Both the position numbers and the translations under genes were made by a program. Positions 37,779 through 47,722 of a DNA stretch of 64,000 nt are shown piece by piece (position 1 is the stretch's first letter; each line of letters opens with the position of its first letter). The DNA is taken from positions 3,023 to 67,022 of IMG/VR virus record IMGVR_UViG_2926493430_000001; one strand, written 5' to 3'. Source of the stretch: a virus (Duplodnaviria > Caudoviricetes). The notes below the pieces were generated by a model, which was given only the letters and a program-made list of their open reading frames with translations, was not told where the DNA came from and did not search any database.

Positions 37779-39002
37779 TTATCCCTCCTCATACTGTTCT
37801 GTCCAAGCACCTGCTTTTGACATATCTACAAAATTCCCATTCACTAAGTACTTGTTTCCACCCTGTTCTTCCGGGATTAAGTTCATCTCTTCCAGTTCGC
37901 GGATATCGTTCGCTGACATTACCCCGTTTTGCCGCATGATCTGATAGAATTGCGCTCTGGATCCTGCATCTCCTCTGAGCCGCCCATTTAAATTAAATTT
38001 AATAAAGTACTTTTTCTTGTCAGCCTCACTCAACAACGCCTTTTTCATGGACTGTTCGATTCGAGTGACCCAAGGCATGATCGTATTATCAATAAAGCTA
38101 ATCGATTGGTGTTCAATATTGCTGAAGGTCGCTTTATCGAGATTTGCCACAAGATGAGGTGGCACCCGAAAGATTCGGCAAATCTCTTCTGTTTGAAACT
38201 TTCTTGTTTCTAAAAACTGAGCTTGCTCTGGTGGAATGCCGATACTTTGAAATTTCATTCCTTCCTCAAGGACTGCAATCCGATGGGCGTTGCCACTTCC
38301 TTGATACACCGCATTCCAACTCTCTCGGATTTTGGCAGGATCCTTCACGACACCTGGGTGCTCCAAAACACCTCCGGGGCTGGCACCATTTGCAAAAAAC
38401 TTGGCTCCATACTCTTCAGTGGCAATTGCCATTCCAATCGCATTTTTGGCCATCGCAATCGGAGAGTAGCCTACCAAACCATCAAATCCAAGCCCAGGAA
38501 TATGGAGGACTTCCTCCCTTCGAAGGATTGCGGTGCCCGTGTCCATTCGGTATTCATAGTAAAGTTCCCCGGTAGACGTTCGATCCACCGTCATCCGGTC
38601 AGGCAAAAGCGGATAAAGTGAAAGCACATTGCCTCTACCATCCCTAATAATCTGAGCATAAGCATTTCCCCATAATAAAAGATGACTCATCAGTGTTTCC
38701 CTAAACACGAACGAAGTCATCTCTGAATTGGGCTCATCATGGAGCTTGTAATATAAGCTGTGGTCCAGCGCTTTTTCCTTACCGTTATTGGTATACTGAT
38801 AAAGATGAAGCGGAAGGCTAGCAATCGTCTCAGCTAGAATCCGCACACAGGCATAGACCGCTGTGGTCTGCATGGCTGTTCTTTCGTTGACCGCTTTCCC
38901 GCTTGTGGTCGTACCAAAGAAAAAGCTGTAGGTACTGCCAAAAAGATTATTTTGGGGGCTGGCCCTTGATTGAAATAGTTTTGATAAAAACGGTATTTTC
39001 AT
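37779..39002 (-). CDS. Portal protein (HK97 family)
   Basis: VYACVRILAETIASLP, LLWGNAY, ICRIFRVPP, SNIEHQ. Confidence 0.95.
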   Translation of the reverse strand: MKIPFLSKLFQSRASPQNNLFGSTYSFFFGTTTSGKAVNERTAMQTTAVYACVRILAETIASLPLHLYQYTNNGKEKALDHSLYYKLHDEPNSEMTSFVFRETLMSHLLLWGNAYAQIIRDGRGNVLSLYPLLPDRMTVDRTSTGELYYEYRMDTGTAILRREEVLHIPGLGFDGLVGYSPIAMAKNAIGMAIATEEYGAKFFANGASPGGVLEHPGVVKDPAKIRESWNAVYQGSGNAHRIAVLEEGMKFQSIGIPPEQAQFLETRKFQTEEICRIFRVPPHLVANLDKATFSNIEHQSISFIDNTIMPWVTRIEQSMKKALLSEADKKKYFIKFNLNGRLRGDAGSRAQFYQIMRQNGVMSANDIRELEEMNLIPEEQGGNKYLVNGNFVDMSKAGAWTEQYEEG

Positions 39003-39018
39003 AGTTTCACTTCCTAAA

Positions 39019-40563
39019 TTAGAGAATCAATATCCCTCGCCCATCATAAACACTCTCTCGATTTTCATTCCGAATCGCCCGGTCCAATGCCATAATCATT
39101 GCCACCGCACCGTCAATTCGTTCTGTACTTTTCTCTTTATCCGGCTTAATGTTGCCCGCCGGGTCTGTTTTCACAAAGATGTTATCCATCATCCATCGTA
39201 AAACCGGATTTCCACCGTGAACGATTCGTTTCTCAAGGGTAATTTTCATCAACTCTTTTGATGCTGGCGACATATCCTTATACCCTTGTCCAAATGGAAC
39301 GACCGTGAAGCCCATCCCTTCTAGGTTTTGTACCATTTGAACTGCTCCCCATCGGTCAAAGGCAATTTCCTTAATGTTGTATTTCATTCCCAGTTCCTCA
39401 ATAAATGCCTCAATGAATCCATAATGAATAACGTTCCCCTCAGTTGTTTTGATGTAACCTTGCTTTTCCCAAATGTCATAGGGCACATGATCTCTCCTTA
39501 CCCGCAATTTCAGGTTTTCGTCGGGAATCCAGAAATAAGGGAGAACAATGAATTTCTCGTCATCTGTCCTAGGTGGAAAAACCAACACAAAGGCGGAAAT
39601 ATCTGTTGTACTTGAAAGGTCAAGCCCTGCAAAACATTCTCTTCCACGAAGACTATCAAGATCAATAGGATCGTCACAAGCATCCCACTTCTCCATCTGC
39701 ATCCAGCGAGTGGATTGCTTCACCCATTGATTGAGCCTCAGTTGCCTGAAGATGTTTTCTTCGGCGGGATTTTCTTTTGCACTAATAAACGCATTTCTTA
39801 CTTTCTCTATGTCAATGGTATGGCCAAGGGATGGATTGGCTTTATACCAGTTCTTTTCAGCAGTCCAATCATCATTATCATCAATTCCATAAATTACTGG
39901 ATAAAAAGTCGGGTCAATCTTTCTTCCTTCTAAAATATCCATCGCTTTTTGATGCACTTCATAACAAATCGAATTTCGGTCAGTACCCGCTGTCGTAATC
40001 AAAAAGAAGAGCGGCTGGAGGCGAGCATCTCCAGAGCCTTTCGTCATAACGTCATATAGCTCTCGATTCGGTTGCGCATGCAGTTCGTCAAAAATAACCG
40101 CATGAACATTGAGTCCATGTTTCGTATAAGCTTCAGCTGATAGTACTTGATAAAAACTATTCGTTGGCTTGTAAACCAATCGCTTCATGGACATGACAGG
40201 CTTGATTCTTTTCTTCAGCGCAGGGGACTGTTCGACCATCTCTACTGCTACATCGAAAACAATCGAGGCTTGCTGCCGGTCAGAAGCACATCCATAAACT
40301 TCCGCTCCCCATTCACCATCACCACAGGTCATTAATAGGGCAACGGCTGCAGCGAGCTCACTTTTCCCATTCTTCTTTGGAATTTCAATATAAGCGGTGT
40401 TGTATTGCCGATAGCCATTATCCTTGACAGTACCAAAAATATCTCGGATGATTTCATCTTGCCAGGGGAGAAGATCGAAAGGAACACCACGCCACTGACC
40501 TTTCGTATGCTTTAGACAGTTGATAAAGTTGACGGCGTGTTGAGCTTTTTTCTCATCATACAA
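39019..40563 (-). CDS. Terminase large subunit
   Basis: PKKNGKS Walker A, IFDELH Walker B, GLDLS nuclease motif, RIDGAVA. Confidence 0.95.
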   Translation of the reverse strand: MYDEKKAQHAVNFINCLKHTKGQWRGVPFDLLPWQDEIIRDIFGTVKDNGYRQYNTAYIEIPKKNGKSELAAAVALLMTCGDGEWGAEVYGCASDRQQASIVFDVAVEMVEQSPALKKRIKPVMSMKRLVYKPTNSFYQVLSAEAYTKHGLNVHAVIFDELHAQPNRELYDVMTKGSGDARLQPLFFLITTAGTDRNSICYEVHQKAMDILEGRKIDPTFYPVIYGIDDNDDWTAEKNWYKANPSLGHTIDIEKVRNAFISAKENPAEENIFRQLRLNQWVKQSTRWMQMEKWDACDDPIDLDSLRGRECFAGLDLSSTTDISAFVLVFPPRTDDEKFIVLPYFWIPDENLKLRVRRDHVPYDIWEKQGYIKTTEGNVIHYGFIEAFIEELGMKYNIKEIAFDRWGAVQMVQNLEGMGFTVVPFGQGYKDMSPASKELMKITLEKRIVHGGNPVLRWMMDNIFVKTDPAGNIKPDKEKSTERIDGAVAMIMALDRAIRNENRESVYDGRGILIL

Positions 40564-40565
40564 CC

Positions 40566-41060
40566 TTACCCACCACCTTTAAAGAGCATGAATTCCATTG
40601 GATCATCCGGGTCACTCGGCTTGTCCGCAACAATTCGACTTCTCGAAGATGGGGTCAACCCGAATTGCTCACAAAAGCGATTCATGATTTTAAGATAGCT
40701 CTGGGCGATGGATACTTGTGGCACCTGTTGCCAGTATCCCGATGGAGTTTTGACAATCGTTCCATGTTTCGTAATGAATTCTTCAGCTTCTTTCCACCTA
40801 GCATAGGCTTGGCAATACCCGGCAAATGCGGCCATATCCACTTCCGTCAGGATCCCTAGCTTCTCCAGCTGCTTGACCATCCTGCGCCATTCTTTTTTGG
40901 CTTCCGGCTCTAGCCATGACGGGCATCTTGGTGCTTTGTTTTCAGGTTTGGGCTCATTTAGATTGAGTTCCCTTTTTCCAGGATTGCCTTCCAATACTTT
41001 AATTGCTGTAGGTTTTGGTTTCCTTCCTCGTTGGGCCACAGGCACCACCTCCTTTCTCAT
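40566..41060 (-). CDS. Terminase small subunit (P27 family)
   Basis: GRKPKPT...GNPGKR, FGLTPSSR. Confidence 0.92.
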   Translation of the reverse strand: MRKEVVPVAQRGRKPKPTAIKVLEGNPGKRELNLNEPKPENKAPRCPSWLEPEAKKEWRRMVKQLEKLGILTEVDMAAFAGYCQAYARWKEAEEFITKHGTIVKTPSGYWQQVPQVSIAQSYLKIMNRFCEQFGLTPSSRSRIVADKPSDPDDPMEFMLFKGGG

Positions 41061-41129
41061 TGGGCATAAGAAAAGAGCCTACCGCTTGATAGACTCTCAT
41101 TAAACGTTTATTTAAATCATTTAAATCAT

Positions 41130-41345
41130 TTAAATCTTCCATATCTCCATCTTGAATTCCCCTTCAAAAACCATCCAGCGTACTTCGCCATCTTCAAGTT
41201 TCAATACTAACATTCCCGGCAAAAAGTACATTTCGTTTTCCTTGTATCCAGCTGCCAATAATTCTTGTTGCTGCTGAAGTAATAGTTCCATACCTTGTAG
41301 CACATCCACATTTCCCTGAAGGAGTTGCTCCCCATCTTTCACCAA
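41130..41345 (-). CDS. Hypothetical protein (~71 aa)
   Basis: AGGGAGG RBS before TTG/GTG near 41345; the ORF-track start falls inside the promoter motif. Confidence 0.55.
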   Translation of the reverse strand: MVKDGEQLLQGNVDVLQGMELLLQQQQELLAAGYKENEMYFLPGMLVLKLEDGEVRWMVFEGEFKMEIWKI

Positions 41346-41379
41346 TGAAAAAACCTCCCTGTGTTTTGGTAGTCTATAC

Positions 41380-41406
41380 ATCACTCTAAACACAGGGGAT
41401 AGCAAG
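41380..41406 (-). promoter_or_regulatory. Conserved promoter-like motif copy
   Basis: ATCACTC-N14-AGCAAG. Confidence 0.7.
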
Positions 41407-41408
41407 TA

Positions 41409-41618
41409 CTATTTGCCTTCAATGCCTATATAATTGTAATTGCCCTTCTTAATCTCCTCATGTTCCGCTTTGACTGCCTCGCGATAATCAGAACGCTTCG
41501 ATTCTTTGTCCTTGCAACTCAAGCAAAGGCAATCGGTGTTGTACATGGACATGATCCTTCCGCTTTTTAAACTGCCACCGCAGCGGTCACAATGTGTTTG
41601 TGTAAAGAACTTATCCAT
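41409..41618 (-). CDS. Small zinc-binding phage protein
   Basis: CDRCG...CLCLSC. Confidence 0.75.
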   Translation of the reverse strand: MDKFFTQTHCDRCGGSLKSGRIMSMYNTDCLCLSCKDKESKRSDYREAVKAEHEEIKKGNYNYIGIEGK

Positions 41619-41856
41619 CGCGCCTCACCTCACTGTACCTCTTCCTTGTGGCTTCAATAAATGCATGGAGGTCGCCGGCCTGCGGATTCAAGTCCTCTTC
41701 ACTGTTCCAGAACTGGTCCAATTCTTCCAGCAAGTCGAGCAATTCAAGTACATCATTCTTGGCTTCTACTTCCCCGAACACCACTTCTTTTTCAATTATC
41801 GTAGCCTTCAGACCCTGGATCATCGCTTGGTAGATTTCTTTATTCATTTGTCTCAC
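41611..41856 (-). CDS. Hypothetical protein
   Basis: Overlapping, coupled ORF in the same operon. Confidence 0.6.
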   Translation of the reverse strand: MRQMNKEIYQAMIQGLKATIIEKEVVFGEVEAKNDVLELLDLLEELDQFWNSEEDLNPQAGDLHAFIEATRKRYSEVRRDG

Positions 41857-42589
41857 TCACCTTTCTAAATGCCCCGCTCCCTTCAAGGTTTTTCATGAGC
41901 ACCTTTCTCGTTCTTTTGTACTCAGGGCCATTCATCCCTAGTCGAATCAACCAAGTTCTCAAGGCGTATTTTGGATTATCATCCTGCGCTCGTTTGAAAG
42001 AAGCCCGCTTTTGCTTTTTCGCATTTTGGTTGATGAAGGCGGCAAGGTCTTGGAAGGCAGAAACCTTTTCAGCATCCAAGTTCCCAGCTGCTAGTTTGAT
42101 AGTAAAAGTCTCATTTTCAAAATCAAATGCTAAACCCGATATTCTTTCCTTTCCAAGTTCATCCAAAGCCGTTCTGAACTCTTCCAAAGTACCCGTTTCC
42201 TTTGTGTTCAAATCTTCCGGGAAGGTTTCATCCATTAGCGGCTCGGTTGTTTCAAAAGCCTTCATGATCAGGTGCTGTTTGCTATAAAGCATGTTTACTA
42301 GATTCTTGAGTGTGTTTCCGGTGTGCCCTTCAAGTGGAAGGGTAACCTCCCTTCCATCGAGGTCAAGGATTTCTGGCTGTTCTTCAACTTCATCCTCAGG
42401 CGCTGGCGGATTTAAAATCTCCTCAAAGGTCTTTACTTCCCCAGCTGAGTTTGTAATCACCCCATGCCTGTCAATGGTGTAGGTTTCATCTTCCGTTTCA
42501 ATTTCGTAGTTAAAGGTTGGAACATTGAGATACCTTGGTTTCACTCCAAAAAATTCTCCAAGCTTTTTGACCATTTCTTTTCGGTCCAT
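41840..42589 (-). CDS. Phage protein of unknown function (homolog in the satellite at 15609-16280)
   Basis: GGAGG RBS; similarity to the satellite copy. Confidence 0.85.
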   Translation of the reverse strand: MDRKEMVKKLGEFFGVKPRYLNVPTFNYEIETEDETYTIDRHGVITNSAGEVKTFEEILNPPAPEDEVEEQPEILDLDGREVTLPLEGHTGNTLKNLVNMLYSKQHLIMKAFETTEPLMDETFPEDLNTKETGTLEEFRTALDELGKERISGLAFDFENETFTIKLAAGNLDAEKVSAFQDLAAFINQNAKKQKRASFKRAQDDNPKYALRTWLIRLGMNGPEYKRTRKVLMKNLEGSGAFRKVSETNE

Positions 42590-42624
42590 TCACATTACCT
42601 CCTGTGTTTTGGTGTAGTACATAT

Positions 42625-42651
42625 ATCACTCTAAACACAGGGAATAGCAAG
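42625..42651 (-). promoter_or_regulatory. Conserved promoter-like motif copy
   Basis: ATCACTC-N14-AGCAAG; near-identical to 41380-41406. Confidence 0.7.
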
Positions 42652-42714
42652 TCATTCTAAGCCGATATTGGTATATTTATAATCAAATAGAAACAGGCAC
42701 CTTAAGGCCCGCCT

Positions 42715-43029
42715 CTAATCCTTTTCTATGGCTGTGTATCTCGGATAACTATACCCTTCGCTGTTCACAAGCACCCTTTCACCGGTATCTTTGTTAATAA
42801 TCCTAATGCAGCAAACTTCCCTGTTTTCATTCATGCCGCCATCTTCCTCACTGATCCAAGGCTGGTCATTGAAAAAGTCGCTTGCAAAGCTATGAAATTC
42901 GCTATCTTCCAACACAACTTCTTTTGCAACGCAGTAGTTTTGGCCTTGCTGACCCTTCCTTGCTGCTTCCTCGGTGATTTCCTTTAGCTCTTTTAAGTTA
43001 GCAACTTTCCTTCCAAACAGTGCTTTCAT
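42715..43029 (-). CDS. Phage protein of unknown function (homolog in the satellite at 16924-17235)
   Basis: MKALFGRK start matches the satellite copy. Confidence 0.85.
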   Translation of the reverse strand: MKALFGRKVANLKELKEITEEAARKGQQGQNYCVAKEVVLEDSEFHSFASDFFNDQPWISEEDGGMNENREVCCIRIINKDTGERVLVNSEGYSYPRYTAIEKD

Positions 43030-43036
43030 GTAAAAA

Positions 43037-43234
43037 TCACTCCACCTCAACATATTCCATGATAATTTGGAGGGCAGCTTCATAGGAGCCGGATGCCATC
43101 ACCCGCTCATAGACTTCTTTGGCTTGTTCAGCCTTCCCGTGTGCTTTTAAAGTCCTGCTGACACGCCCAAGAATAGAAAAGATATTTCCATCCTCACCGA
43201 CTAGTTTACAGGTGGGCTTTAGGTTTTCTTCCAT
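43037..43234 (-). CDS. Small phage protein
   Basis: GGAGG RBS; LVGEDGNIFSILGRV. Confidence 0.7.
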   Translation of the reverse strand: MEENLKPTCKLVGEDGNIFSILGRVSRTLKAHGKAEQAKEVYERVMASGSYEAALQIIMEYVEVE

Positions 43235-43296
43235 CGCTATGCCTCCAATCTCCTCAAGGTAGTAGCATAGTGCCATACACGTAAAAGCATAGCAAC

Positions 43297-44556
43297 TTAT
43301 AAGATATTGCTATTTTCATATTCTTCTACACTAGGTTTCGGCACATCCTGATACGGAATCGTTTCTCCATTTCGCTCTAGAAAAACTTCACTATCGGAGC
43401 CAACCTGCTCGATATACCGTTTGACAATGACATCTGCATACTTCTCATCCAGTTCAATCGTATAGCAGATTCGGTTGGTTTGTTCGCAAGCCATAAGAGT
43501 GGACCCGCTCCCACCAAAAGGATCGAGCACAATGCAATTGCTCATGCTGCTATTCTGGATCGGATAAGCGCAGAGGCTAACCGGCTTCATCGTAGGATGG
43601 AGGGCATTCTTTGATGGCCGATCGAAATTCCAAATGGTACTCTGCTTTCGGTCCGCATACCAGTTATGCTTGCCACCCTTCAGCCAGCCAAAAAGAATCG
43701 GCTCATGCTTCCATTGGTAAGGGCTCCGTCCAAGCACCAGGCTTTGCTTTGCCCAGATGCATACACCAGATAAATAAAACCCCGCATCCCTGAAAGCTTT
43801 CCTGAAATTGTAGCCTTCCGTATCGGCGTGGAACACATAAATCGATGCATCCTTTTCCATACTTGCAGCCATATTCTTATAAGCTTTGAGTAAGAAGTTA
43901 TAAAACTCTTCATCTTTCATGTTATCGTTCTGGATACTGCCCGCTTGTGAAGAGTAATTTACGTTGTAAGGCGGGTCCGTCACGACAAGATTTGCTTTCC
44001 GGTCATTCATCAGCACTCTGTAAACCTCCGGATCGGTACTATCCCCACAAACTAACCGATGTCTTCCGAGCAACCACACATCACCTTTTTGTGTTATAGC
44101 TGGTTTCTCGAGCTCCTTCTCTACATCAAAGTCATCTTCTTTTATTTCTTTATCATGAATCTCGTTAAACAGCTCATCAATTTCTGGCGGGTCAAAGCCA
44201 GTAAAGGACACATCATAATCCAAGGACTGCAAATCTTTAATAAGGTCAGCTAATAATTCCTTGTTCCATTCACCGCTGATTTTATTCAAGGCAATATTGA
44301 GAGCTTTTTCTTTTGTCTTATCAATATCAATGACAACACAGTCAATTTCTGTATAACCTAACGTTTTCAAAACCGTAACCCGCTGATGTCCGCCAATCAC
44401 CGTCATGTCCTTGTTGACGATAACAGGATCCACATAACCGAACTCCTCAATACTGTTTTTTATCTTTACAAATTCACTATCTCCAGGCTTTAGTTTTTTC
44501 CTCGGGTTATAGCTGGCTGGAATTAAATCCTCTATTTTTAGCTTTTTAAACTCCAT
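43297..44556 (-). CDS. ParB-like domain + N6-adenine/N4-cytosine DNA methyltransferase
   Basis: YNPRK, GGHQR (ParB-like); TDPPYN, HPTMKP, DPFGGSGST; start reset to MEFKKLK. Confidence 0.93.
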   Translation of the reverse strand: MEFKKLKIEDLIPASYNPRKKLKPGDSEFVKIKNSIEEFGYVDPVIVNKDMTVIGGHQRVTVLKTLGYTEIDCVVIDIDKTKEKALNIALNKISGEWNKELLADLIKDLQSLDYDVSFTGFDPPEIDELFNEIHDKEIKEDDFDVEKELEKPAITQKGDVWLLGRHRLVCGDSTDPEVYRVLMNDRKANLVVTDPPYNVNYSSQAGSIQNDNMKDEEFYNFLLKAYKNMAASMEKDASIYVFHADTEGYNFRKAFRDAGFYLSGVCIWAKQSLVLGRSPYQWKHEPILFGWLKGGKHNWYADRKQSTIWNFDRPSKNALHPTMKPVSLCAYPIQNSSMSNCIVLDPFGGSGSTLMACEQTNRICYTIELDEKYADVIVKRYIEQVGSDSEVFLERNGETIPYQDVPKPSVEEYENSNIL

Positions 44557-44983
44557 CTTCTTCACTCCAAAATCGTGATTTGATATAACAATCGTGGCTG
44601 CAGAACTTCCGTTTCTTGTTCCCGTAGCAGCTAAACTCTTTTCCGCACTGCTCACAGGTAAAATGATAAGTGGCTGTTTCTCTTTTCTTACGTGCTTGAG
44701 GATTTTGATTCCACCACTTCCGTCGGCACTCATCAGAACAAAACTTCCGAGCTCTACCTTTCTTCTTTTGTTTGATCGGTTTGCCGCAGCAGAAGCAGAG
44801 CAGACCATTCTTCATTTGCTCATTGATATTAAGGGCAACCACTTTTGAATCACCATCAAGGCCATTCCTTTGGCAAAAAGCACGGACCGTGTCTCGGGAC
44901 TTTCCCAGCACAGCAGCAATCGCTTTATAACCAACTCCTTTCAGGCGCAGGTCATAGATTAGTTGTTTTTCTAAATCCGTCAT
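44546..44983 (-). CDS. HTH plus multiple zinc-finger protein (putative regulator)
   Basis: GYKAIAAVLGKSRDTVR HTH; CxxC and FCSxxC repeats. Confidence 0.8.
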   Translation of the reverse strand: MTDLEKQLIYDLRLKGVGYKAIAAVLGKSRDTVRAFCQRNGLDGDSKVVALNINEQMKNGLLCFCCGKPIKQKKKGRARKFCSDECRRKWWNQNPQARKKRETATYHFTCEQCGKEFSCYGNKKRKFCSHDCYIKSRFWSEEDGV

Positions 44984-45233
44984 CACTCCCACCCCTTTCT
45001 GCGCAAACAGTTGGAAAGAGGACCATAAAAAAACACCTTAACCAGCTATTTCACTAGCTTTTAAAGGCATTTAAGTTACTTTTTATGTTTCATGGTCAAT
45101 ACTGGCCAAACCCTAGTGTTTATAAGGCTTGAACCACATTTTTATCATTTCCTCAATTAAATCATTCCGCAAAATTGAAAAGTGCCCAAACCATACTGCT
45201 ATTGGGTGTAAGCTCGATAACCCGTTCCCAAAA

Positions 45234-45320
45234 GTAACCCCCCTTGTTTAATTCCGCGAAAATTTACGCGAAGGGGGCGCGCGGTCGCCGTATAAAAGGT
45301 TGTAGAGATTTTATAACCCC
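45234..45320. other. Prophage cos-region candidate
   Basis: GC-rich block immediately downstream of the HNH gene and upstream of the terminase region, the usual cos position in HK97-like phages; duplicated in the satellite. Confidence 0.75.
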
Positions 45321-45331
45321 TAGGGGGTCCA

Positions 45332-45685
45332 TCAAAAGGTATAAACGGGATACTGATCTTCAGTCCTTGTCTTTCGGTCGTGACATCTCTTACACAAAGG
45401 TTGCCAGTTGCTTTCATCCCAGAACAATCTTTGATCACCTCGATGAGGAACGATGTGGTCCACCACCGTAGCCTGCGTCAACTTGCCTTTCTCTTCGCAG
45501 TGCTTACAAAGAGGATGGGCGTTTAAGAATCGTTTGCTCGCTTTCCTCCAGCGGTTATCATACCCACGCTCGTTTGCATTAGCTCTATCATCTACATGAA
45601 GCTTCGCATGAAACTCACAGTACTTGTCGTCCGTTAACAAAGGACAACCGTTGTGTTTGCACGGCTTCTTTGGTTTCTTTGGCAT
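45332..45685 (-). CDS. HNH endonuclease (terminase-associated)
   Basis: CKHC...VVDHIVPH...NWQPLCKRCHDRKT. Confidence 0.92.
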   Translation of the reverse strand: MPKKPKKPCKHNGCPLLTDDKYCEFHAKLHVDDRANANERGYDNRWRKASKRFLNAHPLCKHCEEKGKLTQATVVDHIVPHRGDQRLFWDESNWQPLCKRCHDRKTRTEDQYPVYTF

Positions 45686-45877
45686 TGTTCTCAACTCCGT
45701 ACTCCAATTAAAAAAGCCCCGAAGGTTGTCCTTCAAGGGCTACGTCTATGCTATTTCTACAGCTTATACTCTATCACATGGTGAGGGTGGCTTATAATGG
45801 CTTTTCATGGCGTGTCTATAAAAACAAAAGAAAAACCCTTAAAGGAACATTTACCTCCAAGGGGTGTGATGGGTCAC

Positions 45878-46309
45878 TCATATACATTCCACCGTACTGC
45901 TTTCCAATAGTTCATTCGCTTCTTTCAATGCCTTTCGATGCAACCGATAAATCCACCGCAAATCGTACCCCATAATCGCAGCAACTTCCTCCCAAGTGCT
46001 ACCGCTAAGGTAACGCAGTTCAAGTAGCAATCGGTGTGAGGAATTCTCGATTTTTGAAACGAAGGCTGCCAACTCCCGCTTTAAATCAATTAATTGGTCA
46101 ATATCATCATTGATTTCTTCCTCAAGGCTCATTAACTTCACGAGGGCATTTTCCATTGGCGATCGCTGCTTCGTTCCTTGAACTTTATCATCTTGGAGGA
46201 CCGATGTTGTTTTTAAAGCGAGGTCCCTTAGCACTGACACTTGTTCCAGTTTACAATTGATTCTTTGATCAAGTTTAAAAGCCTGAGATAAATATTCTTT
46301 AGCATTCAC
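45878..46309 (-). CDS. ArpU/RinA-like late transcriptional activator
   Basis: MNAKEYLSQA, LELRYL..TWEEVA.IMGY...RLHRKAL; position before HNH/cos. Confidence 0.8.
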   Translation of the reverse strand: MNAKEYLSQAFKLDQRINCKLEQVSVLRDLALKTTSVLQDDKVQGTKQRSPMENALVKLMSLEEEINDDIDQLIDLKRELAAFVSKIENSSHRLLLELRYLSGSTWEEVAAIMGYDLRWIYRLHRKALKEANELLESSTVECI

Positions 46310-46339
46310 CGGCCATTCCTCCTGTCTATATCATCAACC

Positions 46340-47722
46340 TCACTTTCCATGAGGTACATCCTCTTTGTATTTAGCCACCCTTGCTTTCACCGCTTCAATC
46401 AATGCCGCTTGGCTCACATCTTTATCTTCCAACGCTTTCATTACTCGTTCATCAATGGTATCTTTGGCAATGATGTGGTGAATGACGACCGTTTGTTTTT
46501 GACCTTGCCGCCACAGTCTGGCATTCGCTTGTTGATAGAGTTCAAGGCTCCAAGTCAGGCCAAACCAGATGATGATGTTCCCACCTGTTTGTAGATTCAG
46601 GCCATGACCAGCGGATGCCGGGTGGGCTAATAAAATTGGCACTTGGCCTTTATTCCAATCTTTAATATCTTGATCTGTTTGCAAGAGCCTCGGTTGTAAC
46701 TTCTTCAAATGAGTTAATAGCCTGTCCTTATCATGCTGGTACCCATAAAACACAAGCACCGGTTTTCCGCTTGCTGCTTCAATCAACTCATCCAAAGCTT
46801 TTAACTTTTCATCGTGAATATGTTTCACTTCGCCATCCTCATCGTAAACAGCACCATTCGCTATCTGTAATAATTTATTAGCAAGAACTGCAGCTGATCC
46901 AGCTAACACATCCGTATCTGCAATTGATAAAATCAGTTCCTTTTCTAACACCTCGTACTGTTCCTTCGCTTTCTTGGGCAGGTCCACCGGAATGATATTA
47001 TCCAATCGTTTAGGCAGTTCGAGATAATCTTCTGCCTTCATACTGACACAAATATCCGAGATCTTTTCAAAAATGGCCTCTTCTGCTCCATCTTTCAATT
47101 TCCAAGAGTAGATAATCATTTGATTTCGCTTATTGGGAAGAAAAAATTTCTCCCTGTAGCCAGTAATTGTTTTTCCAAGCCTCTCTCCACCATCTAACAA
47201 ATAAATCTGCGGCCACAAATCTATCAGGCCATTCGGTGCTGGCGTTCCTGTTAGTCCAACTAATCTTTTTATAAACGGCCTCACCTTTTTCAATGATTTA
47301 AACCGTTGGGCCTTTGATGATTTGAAACTTGATAATTCATCAATCACGACCATGTCAAATGGCCAGTCAGATCCAAACCGTTCGACAAGCCAAGTGACAT
47401 TTTCTCTATTAATGATATAAATGTCAGCTTTTTTGTATAAAGCAGCGATTCGTTCTCTTTCACTACCAAGCACTTTCGAGATTTGAAGCCCTTTTAGATG
47501 GTCCCATTTGTCTATCTCTTCTTCCCAAGTGCTACTTGCCACTCGAAGCGGTGCAATCACCAGAACCCTCGACACATCAAAATAGTCATACATCAATTCG
47601 AAAATGGCTGTTAAAGTTGTCACCGACTTTCCCATTCCCATTTCAAGAAAAAGAGCCGACTTCTTTTTATCGATAATCCACTGGGTGGCATAGGCTTGAT
47701 AATGATAGGGTTGGTACTTCAC
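46340..47722 (-). CDS. SNF2-family helicase
   Basis: MGMGKS, IDELS, LTGTP, GHGLNLQ, QANARLWRQGQ. Confidence 0.92.
   Translation of the reverse strand: MKYQPYHYQAYATQWIIDKKKSALFLEMGMGKSVTTLTAIFELMYDYFDVSRVLVIAPLRVASSTWEEEIDKWDHLKGLQISKVLGSERERIAALYKKADIYIINRENVTWLVERFGSDWPFDMVVIDELSSFKSSKAQRFKSLKKVRPFIKRLVGLTGTPAPNGLIDLWPQIYLLDGGERLGKTITGYREKFFLPNKRNQMIIYSWKLKDGAEEAIFEKISDICVSMKAEDYLELPKRLDNIIPVDLPKKAKEQYEVLEKELILSIADTDVLAGSAAVLANKLLQIANGAVYDEDGEVKHIHDEKLKALDELIEAASGKPVLVFYGYQHDKDRLLTHLKKLQPRLLQTDQDIKDWNKGQVPILLAHPASAGHGLNLQTGGNIIIWFGLTWSLELYQQANARLWRQGQKQTVVIHHIIAKDTIDERVMKALEDKDVSQAALIEAVKARVAKYKEDVPHGK

Noticed and set aside
44557-44808. N-terminal extension of the methyltransferase in the ORF track
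   Set aside because: Overlaps the HTH-zinc finger gene in another frame; the ParB-like domain starts at 44556
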